NCBI RefSeq assembly: GCF_006345805.1
Contig: NC_043012.1
Span: forward strand, 58,528,001-58,592,000
Length of the DNA stretch: 64,000 bases
Reading direction: 5' to 3'
Source: Octopus sinensis
Lineage: Eukaryota
In this document: positions 26,370-39,603 of the stretch, one piece after another
How positions within the stretch are numbered: position 1 is the first letter of the stretch
How the letters are laid out: each line of letters begins with the position of its first letter
The notes under the pieces: model-generated
What the model was told of the DNA's origin: nothing
The model's database searches: none
What the model saw: only the letters and a program-made list of their open reading frames with translations
Position numbers and translations under genes: made by a program

Positions 26370-26540
26370 TATATACGACAGGCTTCTTTCAGTTTCCGTC
26401 TACCAAATCCACTCACAAGTCATTGGTCGGCCCGGGGCTATAGCAGAAGACACTTGCCCAAGATGCCACGCAGTGGGACTGAACCCGGAACCATGTGGTT
26501 GGTAAACACGCTACTTACCACACAGCCACTCCTGCGCCTA
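26126..26540 (-). mobile_element. SINE family A, full length (first of a tandem pair)
   Basis: Complete reverse complement of the family A layout. Confidence 0.9.
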
Positions 26541-26542
26541 GA

Positions 26543-26961
26543 CTCTTTTTACTCTTTACTCTTTTACTTGTTTCAGACATATGACTGTAGCCATGCTGGA
26601 GCACCGCCTTTAGTCGAGCAAATCCACCCCAGAACTAGTTCTTTGTAAGCCTAGTACTTATTCTGTCGGCGTCTTTTGCCGCACCGCTAAGTTACGGGGA
26701 CGTAAACACATCGCCATCGGTTGTCAAGCGATGTTGGGGGACAAACATAAACACATAAACACATACACGCATACATAAATACATATATACATATATACGA
26801 CGGGATTCTTTCAGTTTCTATCTACAAATTCCACCCCACAAGGCTTTGCTCGACCCGAGGCTATAGTAGAAGACACTTACCCAAGGTGCCACGCAGTGGG
26901 AATAAACCCGGAACCATGTTGTTAATAAGCAAGCTACTTACCACACAGCCACTCCTGCGCC

Positions 26962-26963
<2 letters not shown>
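26543..26963 (-). mobile_element. SINE family A, full length (second of a tandem pair)
   Basis: As above; head ends cctgcgccta followed by (TA)n. Confidence 0.9.
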
Positions 26964-26992
<29 letters not shown>

Positions 26993-27354
26993 CATATAGA
27001 TGAAAGAACTTACTGTGGTTAACGCTGGGTGGCGTTTGATTATAAAAAAATTAAATGAAAATTACTGATTATGTACAGGACATCACCAACGAGTGAAAAT
27101 ACGTAAAGACACGAGTGATAAGTACAAGACAAAATGCCAAGAGCATACACAATAAGAATTGTCGTTAAAATTATGAAATGGGAGTAACAAAAGTCCGACA
27201 ACTAATGAGGAGTTACCTTCTTGTCTTGTATTTTTGTCCCGTGCGTTAACGTATTTTTAACTCGTTGTTGATGTCCTGTTCTTATTGCGTATGTTTTAGG
27301 TATTTTGTCCTGTACTTATCTCTCGTGTGTTTACGTATTTCTCACTCGTTGATT

Positions 27355-27735
27355 AGGTTGATGCATATGCCACCGTTAGGTCTTCAGCATTTTTTCACTG
27401 TCCGTTTCAATGTTGTTGACGAGTGTTCTTGGGCTTGTTTTAGAAAACTTTTCATCGATTTGGGTTATCAATCGCTTTCTGATGGTGTGTGTTTGGAGAG
27501 TTTGATTCATTCTGTGGTCCCTTTTTAATATACCAATGTTCTGGAAGATGGTGTCGAAAGCTTCATTTTTCAAGGGGTTTTGTGTAGATATGTATAGGAG
27601 GGCTTTTGGTTGTGTTCGAGTTCCAACTACTAGAAGTGGAAGCCGAAGTTCCCGAAGTTCCCACACTACAAATCGCCGTTTAAAAACTAGATTACATAAT
27701 ATATACAATATATCATGGGATACTTCATGATTAGA
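27355..27735 (-). pseudogene. Penelope-like element fragment (RT-EN linker), same family as 40925-42240
   Basis: ORF 27376-27837 has YISTQNPLKNEAFDTIFQNIGILKRDHRMNQTLQTHTI; minus strand gaagacctaacggtggcatatgc also occurs near 41980 (+). Confidence 0.75.
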
Positions 27736-27769
27736 GATCTGTTCCGTCATGATCGACCAGGTGTTAAAA

Positions 27770-28011
27770 TACGACAACAGCAACAACAAAACCAACAGCA
27801 GCAGCAACGACGACAACAGCAGTGACAACAACATCAACTACAATAATAAGCACAACCATCATCATCGTCATGTTCACTACCGTACTTCTTCCTCCTCTCC
27901 TTCCTCCTCGTGCATCTCGACCTCCACGTCCTTCTCAACGTCGTCGTCTTTCTACTCATCTTCCTCATCGTCGTCATCATCAACATCATCATGATCATCA
28001 TCATCATCGTC

Positions 28012-28059
<48 letters not shown>

Positions 28060-28350
28060 TAACAATAATAATGATAATAATAATAATTATTATTATTATT
28101 ATTATTATTACAGCCCCACCAACAACGACGACAACAGCAACAACAACAACACTATTATCTCCAGGATCAATAGCAGGACGTCGACCCCCACGATGACGAC
28201 GATGATGATGATGATGACGATGATGATCATCATCGTCATCAACATCGTCCACATCGTTATTATTAGTATCCTTATCATTATCCTTTTCCTCATCTTCAAA
28301 TATATAATCATCATCATCATCATCATCATCACCATCATCGCCATCAACTT
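27770..28350. repeat. Compound trinucleotide low-complexity region (CAA/CAT/AAT/GAT)
   Basis: Direct inspection. Confidence 0.9.
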
Positions 28351-28594
28351 TATCATCATGTCCAATTCTGTTTTTAAATTTCAGCGATATATGGGTTTTT
28401 TTCTTTTTTCATTGTCTTCTATTTCTAAATAGCTTTATTGCTCTGACGCTGCCACACTTCAAGTTTCCCCCAAATGCTTGAGCAATCTGTATTTTTGATC
28501 AAATTCAATCCTACCTCCGGACATGAATCGAAAAGAATTGGAATGATCAAATTGAAGAACTACAACGCTATTTTTATCATTGATATTATAATTA

Positions 28595-28652
<58 letters not shown>

Positions 28653-29113
28653 CATTATTATTATTTGTATCTCATGTGTTTGATTCTTTTTTCTTATATT
28701 CTTTGTTTTTATTCAGCTTACTTGAAATGTTCCTGTGAACCTTAATTACTTTAAATATTACCTGCTTTTATCGCAAAGGTATTAAATATAATACCGCGAA
28801 TTGTTAAAAATTTCCTAAGGAAGATAGCATCGCTTTCGTCGAAAATCAAAATAAAGATAAAAAAAAAAATGAAACAGCAATTCAAAATTAAAATAATAGC
28901 AATCATAAAAGTAAATAAATAATAAATGAAAAATAATAGAAAAATTTTTTGAAACAAATGAAAATAAAAATTAATATTTTCTTTTAGTGATTATTTTTCA
29001 GATAATTGCAATTCTCAGCAAATTTAGAAACGCTTAACGGGTAAAAAAAAATATGACTAACATAATTTCCGATCTAATTTGAATCATTTCATGTAGCAAC
29101 AATTAAAATATAT

Positions 29114-29167
<54 letters not shown>

Positions 29168-29215
29168 TTGATAATAATGATGATGATGATAATGATAATA
29201 ATAATAATAATAATA

Positions 29216-29258
<43 letters not shown>

Positions 29259-29287
29259 TATAATAATAATATATAATAATAATAATA

Positions 29288-29322
<35 letters not shown>

Positions 29323-30384
29323 GAGAGTATTATTTTCATTAAAACCAGCATCTTTGAGGGAAGGCGTTGTAGTTGATATCATCCACCCCGATATTTAATT
29401 GCTACTTTAGCTTCTGAATATCGAAGAAATGAAAGCCGAAGTTGGCCGCGATGGATTTTGAACTGAGGACCTAAAGTGTCATAAGTTATACTGCAAAAAA
29501 AAAGAAAAAATGCCCCAATGCTCTGACTGTTTTGCTCACCAATCTTCTAATTTTTAGTCCCAAATCAGGAAAGTTGAATTGAGGGGAGGTGCTAGTCGAT
29601 TATATCGACGTCCAATGATTAATAGGTACGTAATTTTACTGACGCCCACGAAAGGATTAAAGAGGAACGTTCAACTTCTTTCACTTTCGGTTGAGATTTT
29701 ACCTCAGAACCCAAAAGAACCGGAAAAATATACTCAAGGCATTTTGTCTGGTACCCTAATATCTTAAACAATCTACAACCACCATATTAGCTAGAAGGCA
29801 CAAGGCCATTGATATTGGTCTCAAATCTTGTTGCAAGGCCATCAAGTTTGAGAGAATTGATGTTAAGTCGATTACATTTATCCCAGCGCTCAGTTGGTAC
29901 ATATTTTATCGATTCCAAGATGATGAGATCAAATTCAATCTCTGATGAATTTGAACATAAAAGCGGACGAAATGTGGCTATGCATTTTGTCCGATGTTCT
30001 AATGAGTCTCCCAGATTGCCGCCTTACACAAGACAATTGATATTAAAGCCAGTAAAGGACGACATGGAATACAATAGGGTGTTCCATGGATTAAGGACGT
30101 TAAGTAACTTGGAAAAAAATTTCCCCAATAGAGGCCTGTTCCAACAGCTGAACAAAGAGCCATTCAGACCCCGGAGTAGTAACCTGGTGACCAAGAATAT
30201 AAGTGCTCTCCGCTGTATTCGACAAAGAGGAGACACTTTCATATAGATCTTAGATTTGTTATGATTAAAATACATTTCCCAGTAAGTTAAGTCTAGCTCT
30301 GTTTTGGCCATGAAATCAAAGTAACCATGAAATATTTATATGGGGAACGAGGCCTCAAATGACAGGTGAAGATAGCCGATTGCG

Positions 30385-30815
30385 TCGCGCATGGCTTAGT
30401 GGTTAGGGTATTGGATTCATGATTGTAAGGCTGCTGTTTCAATTCCTGGATCGAGCAATGCTATGCGTTCATGAACAAGACACTTCATTTCACATTATTC
30501 CAATCTACTAAGGTGGCGACCCGGCAGAACCGTTTGCACGCAGGGGTGAATGCTTAGCGGTATTTCGCCCGTCGGTACGTTCTGAGTCTAGATTCCCCTG
30601 TGGTCGACTTTGCCTTTCATCCTTTCGGAGTCGATGAAATCAGTAACAGTTGAGTGTTGGGGTCGATGTAATCGACTGAGCCTCTCCCCCAGACCTTGTG
30701 ACTATAGAAGAAAGGATTACTCTAGTCTACTCAGCTGGCAAAAATTAGTAATACTGTGACTGATCGGCGACCTATCCAGGGAGGAGTATATATGGCAGAG
30801 AAACCGGGAAACCAA
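30385..30815 (+). mobile_element. SINE family D interrupted by a family B SINE
   Basis: Head gcgcatggcttagtggttagg...gtttcaattcctgg; tail cggcgacctatccagg...gaaaccgggaaac shared with 47942 and 54095. Confidence 0.7.
30510..30716 (+). mobile_element. Nested SINE family B with a degenerate 15-bp TSD
   Basis: ttattccaatctact (30495-30509) vs ttactctagtctact (30717-30731), 12/15 identical. Confidence 0.75.
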
Positions 30816-31267
30816 CCTTATGGAATAATGTGGACTAACAGATATTAGTCGATCATATCTTCACCAGTACTTGAGTAATACTTTCTTATCGACCCAGAAC
30901 GGAATGGAAGTTAAACTTAGCATCGATTTGAACTCAATATGTAAAGTGCCGGAGAAAATACCGACGTTGGCATTTTTTACCAACGATCTAACCATTCTGC
31001 CAATTCACAGATCTCAGTACGTGCAAAATAATTTAATTCGGTTATCATTCACTACTGCGCAGTTAGTTCTGCATTTACTTACATCACAATACCTAAAATA
31101 TATGCTATAACACTATACATTATTCCACATTGGCCCCTCACTTCTCTCTGAGCTTTTCCACCTCAACTTATAATCAGTGATTTGGTTACCCCCAAGATGC
31201 CATCCTACCCTCAAAATTTAAATTTAATACAGGGCTCATTAACAATTCTAAATAGAAATCAGTATGT

Positions 31268-31590
31268 TATTACGAAAACATATACTATATTCATTATTGC
31301 GATAAGTCTGCGCTTCCCTAATGAGATCATAATAAACATGCCCAGAGTTGTATCCCGTATTTTTGGAAATAGAGAGAAAATATTAGTAAATGATATACAT
31401 TCTTTACAGCAGAAACGTTTCCAGTTGTGCTATTACGAAAACATATACCATATTAATCATTGCGATAAGTCTGCGCTTCCTTAATGAGATCATAATAAAC
31501 ATGGCCAGAGTTGTCTCCCGTACTTTTGGAAATAGAGAGAAAATATTAGTCAATGATATATATTCTTTACCGCATAAACATTTCCAGCTA
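31268..31590. repeat. 163-bp tandem duplication (2 copies)
   Basis: tattacgaaaacatata starts at 31268 and at 31431; scattered substitutions. Confidence 0.9.
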
Positions 31591-32098
31591 TATTTTTAAT
31601 CTTCATTGCATTGAATATGTTAAACTAAGTATTGCTTATATATGCTGAAGGTATCTCTGGGTATGTTATTCTGTAAAGAATTTTGGATTCCTAAATAAAC
31701 CAGCACACATTTCGGGATTCATTTATCACTATTCCAGAAAATCCTATGCAGTAGGTATGTTGTTAAGAAGGCACAATATTATCAATATGATCGACTTATG
31801 TTCGACATTGTCTCCATTGCTTGTCAAACTATTTAAAATAATATTACTTGTTGCTTAATGCTATACGTTTTTCTAACAATATAGGTATTTTTAGTTCAGG
31901 TTTCTAAAGCTTCCTACGTTTATTATAATAATACTTAACTACATCTTTTTCATCCAGGGAATGTGTAAGAGAAATTTGCTCATGTCATATACACATATCT
32001 ATAAACGTGTGTATATGTTTGAGAGTGTATACATTGACATACCTGCATACATATAACTAGACAGACACATACATATGTATGTGTATATATATATATAT

Positions 32099-32132
<34 letters not shown>

Positions 32133-32137
32133 ATATA

Positions 32138-32218
<81 letters not shown>

Positions 32219-32348
32219 GTATGTTATATATGTATGTACATATATATGTATATATATATATATATGTATGTATGTATATATGTATGTACATATATATGTA
32301 TATATATATATATATATACATATATACATGCATACATACATATATATA

Positions 32349-32386
<38 letters not shown>

Positions 32387-33373
32387 GCGGCTTGCAAAGA
32401 TTTTCTTCTTGGAAAAATCCTTCGTTTTCCTGTTAATTGACTTGCTAATTTTCCTAATTCTATTCATTTGTTATATTGAACACTAAAGTCTTACATTTAT
32501 CCTTCTCTAGTGCATTCTATATATATAATCGTGTGCAATTTCCTTGGACAGCGTTCTTGCCATTTAACCTACAATATCAAGTTAAATAATCTATGAAGCT
32601 GAACAACATCACAGATCAGACGATAACAAGCGAATCTAGCGAACGATTGACAACGGAGTTGTATATTGTACAGATTATAGATCTTACATCGGAATTCTAG
32701 GTTAAATTGAATATGGACGATGCACATTTTGAACTGCATACAAAAGTTAACATGCATGACAAATGCTCAATCTCCCGGCATTATATTACCAATTGTTCAC
32801 CAAAGAGATTTCTCCTTCGTTTGTCTTTTCTGTTTCCACCACTAAAAGTTAATAAATGCATACTTATCTAACCTTACTGGATTCAATCATTGCCCAATAT
32901 ACTCGATTCAATCAATCATTGGACGCCATTGAGCAATATGTTTTAAACTAGAATTGCCTTCTATGACTTTTCCTTCTTACGCTTTTTATTAAAATCCTAA
33001 CGCAAACTGAACATTAATAGTGTTACACATTACCAATGTTCGTGTATAATTTTATTGCTTTTATTTGTTCCAGTCATTGAACTGCGATTGATTATATCGA
33101 CACCAGTAATTTATCTGGTACATATTTTATCTTCTACCTCTGGTAAAAAAGGATAATGGTGAAATAGGATCCTGACAGTAAAGGGAGCTAATCAGACGGA
33201 ACGGAATGTCACAGGTATTTTTGTTCGCCGCACCGACTTGCCAATGTTCATGAGATATGTACACACACACACACATACTCACACATACTCACACTCACAC
33301 ACACGCACACACACATGCACACACACACACATATATATATATATATACATACATATATATATATAATATATAT

Positions 33374-33410
<37 letters not shown>

Positions 33411-33476
33411 CACACACACGTATACACACACACGTTTATATACATATATGTACACGTGCACATATGTACTTTTATG

Positions 33477-33531
<55 letters not shown>

Positions 33532-33544
33532 ATGTTTATATATA

Positions 33545-33592
<48 letters not shown>

Positions 33593-33624
33593 GTGTATGT
33601 GTGTGTATATGTTTGTATGTCTGT

Positions 33625-33810
33625 GTTTGTCCTCCCAACATCGCTTGACAACAGATGCTGATGTGTTTACGTCCCCGAAACTTAGCGGTTCGGCAAAAGT
33701 GACCGATAGAATAAGTACTAGGCTTACAAAGAATAAGCCATGGGGTCGATTTGTTCGACTAAAGGCGGTGCTGCATCATGGCCACACTCAAATGACTGAA
33801 ACGAGTTTAA
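33625..33810 (+). mobile_element. SINE family A, 3' half
   Basis: cgcttgacaacagatgctgatgtgtttacgtcccc...gactaaaggcggtgctgc. Confidence 0.85.
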
Positions 33811-33865
33811 AAAAGAGTATATTAATATATGTTACACACGCACACACACATACAAACACACACAC

Positions 33866-33904
<39 letters not shown>

Positions 33905-34029
33905 ATACATTCTTCCATTATTCGGAGTTCATGATTTGTCAATCAAATTGCAAATTGCCGATTTGTAATAAATCAACCAGCGCTGTTCTGAATCCAAGGT
34001 CATAGAAACAAATTATCTCGAACGTTATG

Positions 34030-35050
34030 ACTGAAATACAATTGCTTACCCTCTGGTTGGAAAATGTCATTCGAAAGAACACGGAAACAGTACACGGCAC
34101 ATTAATGGCGAATGACGTATATTGTGGGAGTCAACCGAAAACGATCTTAAAACGACGGAACATAATACACACATTCGCTTAGAACGTCTAATAAGAGGAG
34201 CACCACGTTACTGTCAATGTAGGAATTTTAAGACAGCGTAGTTTCCAATCCTACAATATAGTAGAGCGTTTTCGAAAAGCTAAACCTGCACAACAGTTGC
34301 CGTAGCGCTATTACTTATGTATAACCACGAAACTTAAGCAAAAACGTGACAACTCGGATACGAGCGAAGAAAACGTTTTTTAAATGTATTCTCGCAAACA
34401 ATACGAAATCTAAGCTTTCAGTTATATGTCCTTCTTCAAGACTTCTAATTGTAAAATCGTTCAGACGAGTTGGCTTTGGTGTGAGATGTCACGGAACAAT
34501 TGCACAGTACATGGAGATAAACCAGTAATGGTTGACATGGGAACGGCACGACACAAAAGCTGGTTTAATTGAAGGTAATGAAACGCCATTTTGTAATTCC
34601 ATTCTTTGATTCGTTTCCTTTTATCATATACTCTACGGATATTTTGTGGACTTGCGGATTACCGCCGCAGTGGCGTCCTGGGAGACCTCCCCATCTATCA
34701 GCTTTTGAGATAGCCATCATCCGTAAAAGTGTTGCATGAGAGAGTGCCAAGCTGCAGTCATCAACAAAGTGAAAGATCTCGAACAATCCATAGTTAAGAA
34801 AAGATTACTACCATTTTATCATGGACATTGTTTTCCTATACAGCTCTATCCCAGCAATATCAGCTGTTGATTTTGAACGGAACAACATGGCTCCTCTCAA
34901 AACATTAGCTGCTTTGGAATCACAGCTTCTTATATCCATAAACTCCCATCTATTATTATGGACAATACCTATTTCAAGTTCAAGTTGTCCATTTACATAC
35001 AAATCTCTGGACTGCAGATGGGGGCCAAGCTTGTCGGACCTACTGGACAC
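34030..35050 (+). pseudogene. Decayed Penelope-like element pieces: GIY-YIG-like remnant followed by RT remnant
   Basis: MDIVFLYSSIP (34821) and MDNTYFKFKLSIYIQISGLQMGAKLVGP (34958) fit PLE RT motifs (DIVSLYTNIP; NNYF.F....Y.Q..G..MG...AP). Upstream PLVGKC, TENDLK and KAKP...LC resemble a GIY-YIG region (weaker). Confidence 0.55.
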
Positions 35051-35061
35051 CCCGTATACAG

Positions 35062-35226
35062 ACGACTTTACCTTTCATCCGAGGTCGACTTTACCTTTCA
35101 TCCTTTCAGGGTCGATAAATTAAGTACCAGTAACGCACTGGGGTCGGTGTAATCGACTTAATCCCTTTGTATGTCCTTGTTTGACCCTTTATGTTTAGCC
35201 TCTTGTGGGCAATAAAGAAATAAGAA
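35062..35226 (+). mobile_element. SINE family B, 5'-truncated, short internal tandem duplication
   Basis: gactttacctttcatcc occurs twice, then the typical B body and aaagaaataag tail. Confidence 0.8.
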
Positions 35227-35337
35227 TATATGGAAACACATAGGAGAGGCGTCTGCTGAATACTTTCTACCAACATATTGGGTCGAACCACAGTGGGGGT
35301 AGACGTCGTAATACCATAAATGTTCTGTAATAGTGGT

Positions 35338-35550
35338 CTCCAATTTTGGCACAAGGCCAGCAATTTCGATTGCGGGGGTAAGGCGACTACACCAACCACA
35401 GTGTCCAACTTGGTACCTCTTTTATCGACACCGAAATGATGAATTGCAAGAAGCAACCTTGTAAGAATTTGAACTCAGAACGTAAAGACGGACAAAATGC
35501 CTTTAAGATTTTGTTGGATATGCAAACGATTCTGCCTGTGGCTTATCTAT
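35338..35550 (-). mobile_element. SINE family B (older)
   Basis: ttttggcacaaggccagcaattt...gaatttgaactcagaacgtaaagacggac...aaacgattctgcc. Confidence 0.7.
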
Positions 35551-36556
35551 TCAACAAGGAGGAATTTCAACCGTGTTTCGTGGTCTGCTACCACAACAGC
35601 TCCTTTATAGGATCCAGTTAGCTCAAGACATAATCAGGAGGAACCACGCCCGGTTTTGGCTCCTACTCCTCTACCATTTTGACATGGCGCCTCCCCCGAC
35701 CATTCGGAGGTGTCTTCAGCTCTGGTGTTGAGTGCATGCATTCCTTCTTTCTTCTGTTCCCTGGCCTCTTCGATGTAGCGTCAACGAGTGTCAGAGGATG
35801 TCTGACTGTCTTGTCAAATTTCCCTTTAAATACCTGCTGCTGCAAGGCTCTAGCAGGCAGCCCCAGCAAGTTGTCAGGTGACACTGTCTCAAATTTAACT
35901 GACCAATGAAGGCGCGTAGTCTTAGCCCACGCATTCTCTAAACGAGGCCGTCACCTGTCAATCAGCGAGGCTAATTCAGTGTCAGCTTGTCTCACCTAGT
36001 GAAATTATTTTCTTGCCGGCATGTTTTTTTAAAAACTAAAACTAAATTATGAAAATCGCGCAAAAACTATTTTATTTAGTGAAATTATTAAAAGTTTTCA
36101 AACCACTGAATTTTTTCATTAACTGACGACAAAATAACCTTTACTACTACTCAAAGGTACATTGCAGTATTAGAAACAGCGTATTGTTCTATCACGTGTT
36201 ATATCTACTTGTATGATTTTCTGCATCTGCGATAACGCTAATAAAAGTTTCAATGTACCTTGAAATGATTCATTGCCAGACAATGAGATGTTGCTCTTGT
36301 TATTTCTTTTAATTCTTTTTTTTTTGTGTGTGTATATGTGTGTGTATTTGGTTGTATTTTTTTTATTTGTTATTGCTTACAGTCTCGCTTTGATTTTGTC
36401 TCACGGAATTCTAAGTTTACAATATTTATAGCCTCACTTTCGACTATACACTGCCTGATACTTCGAATATTATATACTTAGCTGCTTGTCAGGAAGTGCC
36501 GTGAGTTATGAAGATATTTGCAAAATGATAACATCTATGATACACACGCACGCACA

Positions 36557-36603
<47 letters not shown>

Positions 36604-37143
36604 ACACACGCACACACAAACATAGGCAAATATATATATATATGCATATGTCTACGTTTGTGTGTATATATATATATATATGCATAGGTATATATATACA
36701 CGTATAAATATGCATATATGTGTGTGTGAGTGAGCGTGTGTAAAAAACGATACAAAAGGAAGGGAAGTATGATAAAATATGACCAAAGCTCAAAGGTTTT
36801 CGTTCATAATTTATTATTTTTTTATATATGTCTTGCTTAAAAGAAATAAACAAAAATCGCTAAAAAAAAAAAACACGACGTTGAACAGGACTATTCGCGA
36901 AACATTAATAGGAATGTCGACAGATTTTGTTCAGTCAACCGTGAAATGTACCTATTCTCTGCTAGAGGTTCTGGCATTTCGAAAATAAAATCAGATACGT
37001 ATACAATGCTTACTTTCTCAAGATTTCATCAAACTTCCCTCAGCGTTTCACATCAATGTTATCAAATGTTCATTTCGGTAACGCTTCTGAAGATGATCTT
37101 GGCTTCGTTAGTTCATTGCAGATTTAGTATATGTATATATAAT

Positions 37144-37205
<62 letters not shown>

Positions 37206-37624
37206 ATATAGGGATATCAATATTAATACACACACACACACGCACTCAAGCATACACCCCATATGTGTATCATAGCAGTTATACAAGGTTGAGGCGTGTT
37301 TTGCACAATCGTCAGCATTTTGTCTAATTGAGTACGTTTACCATATGTTTGTACAGACGGTAATATATGCGTGCACACATGACTATGTATACTTTGATAT
37401 ATATATATATAAATGTAGTGGGGGTGTAGGTGTGTATGGATGTGTGTTGTACATATAAGCGTATATAAAAACATGTCCACCCATACATGTGGAATATGCA
37501 TATATAATTACGTACATGTCTATGAAAGTGTACATACATATGTATATAAATAATTGTTCTGTATGTTTATCTATAAATATGTGTGCGTTTGTGTGTGTGT
37601 TGTCTGTGTGAGTGTGTGCGTATA

Positions 37625-37836
37625 TGGAAGGTGCTGAAAAGTTCTTAGCTTTGGGTAAAAGAAAATACAGGGGAATCTGTTAGGATTTTATTCAACATAT
37701 TCACCTCTCAGATTCAAACTCTTATTGCAGCGCTCCTTCAGTTTTTCTGAGACTTGTAAAATAACTCGGACTATTAGGCCTCGTACCAGATCCTTCACGA
37801 TACCCTTAAAGCCAGGAACTTTTTAGTACCCCCTTG
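37625..37836. mobile_element. Tc1/mariner-type MITE
   Basis: TA flanks; imperfect TIRs ggtgctgaaaagttcttagcttt / aaagccaggaactttttagtacc. Confidence 0.75.
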
Positions 37837-37889
37837 TATATTGTCCCTCCCGTGTCTGACCACTGCCCTAAGTCAGGACGCCACGATAG

Positions 37890-38090
37890 ATCGTTAGCTC
37901 CTACACGCATTTTTTTCTCTCCTTGTTTCTCTCCTTGTTTTTTTTTTCTGTGAATCTTTCTGTCGAAGAGCGTAGGCTCGAAACGTAAAAGACTTGTTCT
38001 ATTTCTATTCCTGAGCGCCATACTAATACATTTTTTGTTTGTAATCCACCTGCCTTCGTCTTTTGTTTATTTTCGTAAACCTTCCCGTTA
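37890..38090 (+). mobile_element. Short PLE-derived element with variant HHR core
   Basis: Matches 13337-13532; ends cccgtTA in (TA)n. Confidence 0.65.
37955..37992 (+). ncRNA. Hammerhead-like motif, A6->U variant (stem III ACGT)
   Basis: tcttt CTGTCGA a gag-cgtagg-ctc GAA ACGT A aaaga; 5-bp stem I. Confidence 0.5.
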
Positions 38091-38105
38091 TATATATATG
38101 TATAT

Positions 38106-38137
<32 letters not shown>

Positions 38138-38147
38138 ATATATATAT

Positions 38148-38519
38148 ATATAAACGGCAGTTTGTCTGTCTGCGTGTCTGTGTGTCTGTTAGGTTGTACC
38201 CTCACCCTGACCATGGCTTTCAACCGATTCTGATGAAACTTGACACACACATAGCCCAATGTCATAATTCAAAACTAACGCAGCGAAAATTTTGAAAAGT
38301 TCCCCCAGTTCTCAAAAAAATCGATAAATTCGACATGGGGTCGAGAATGAGAAACACAAACCACAGACTGTCTAGGGAACGCAACTCGACCTTTTTAACT
38401 CTCAAAAAATTTACCATCATTTTTTTCTATTTTTTTGCTATTTTTTGGCTATAACTCTCTAAAAATGCTTTATAGTTATTTCCCTTACAAACCCGAGCAA
38501 CGCCGGGCGATACTGCTAG
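38148..38519 (+). mobile_element. Non-autonomous Helitron
   Basis: 3' hairpin cccgagcaacgccggg then ctgCTAG|T; 5' TC not visible in the (TA)n tract; tgtc microsatellite near the 5' end. Confidence 0.8.
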
Positions 38520-39349
38520 TATATATATATTTATGAATACAATCGTTCAGGAGATATGTTATAACAGGTTTTGGGCTTTGGATGTGTTGAAATAGCTCGT
38601 CAGAAACCTAAGTAAATTTGAATCTCGAAACCCTACAAAAGTTTTTTCAGAATTATTAGTGAAGCTCAAATGAAAATTGATTTATAATAATTAATTTAAA
38701 TAAAGATCAAGAGAAGAAATTATCTCTGCACGTCGATGAATCAGTGATAGAACGGAAAGCATGCCGGCGTCTTTTTATATTAGGTGAAAACAAACATATC
38801 AGGTAACGTTATCCAGGTATCGTACAAACAGCAAGAATTAAATAAACATTTAAAATAACCAACAAACTGAATATAGATAAAGTAAATATGCTGGGAAAAA
38901 AACCTGATTAAATAATTAGAAATAGATTATAATAGTAGCTTAGTAAATTGCAAAATGGATAAATATATTCCAGTGCCTTTGACTAAGATAAATTACGAAA
39001 GATGCACTTGCAGATATTGGTGCAATCATGTGCATTTATGTGTAGGTACACCCTCACAGGTCTTGCACTTATTTATATGAACATATGCACACACATACAA
39101 GCGCATAAATGTACTTGGTTACTTATACTTGCACACAAATGAAACAAACATACGCACAATATCATACATATTGTATCTATCTATCTATCAATCTATCTAT
39201 CTATGAATCTATCTATCTATCTATCTATATTTTTTTACGTGACCGACCAGTCCATCAGATGTAGTTACACATCGCTGGTCACAATGCGTTCGCATTGTTT
39301 TAGCCTTCGAATGACGCCACCCCGCTGGCTAAGCGAGTAGGCCACTATC

Positions 39350-39448
<99 letters not shown>

Positions 39449-39571
39449 GTTTATATTTATGTGGGTTCGTATATGTATAAGCATATATATATTTAGGTAT
39501 ACATATAAATATCTATATATATCTATAAATTTACACTCACACACACGCGCACGCACACATACATACATACA

Positions 39572-39603
<32 letters not shown>

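Noticed and set aside
27360-27395. Minus-strand CTGAAGA as a hammerhead core
   Set aside because: It is PLE coding sequence homologous to KCGRPNGGIC near 41980.
38560-38612. Minus-strand CTGACGA-gct...agc motif
   Set aside because: The GAAA half is destroyed; possibly a dead HHR but not supportable.
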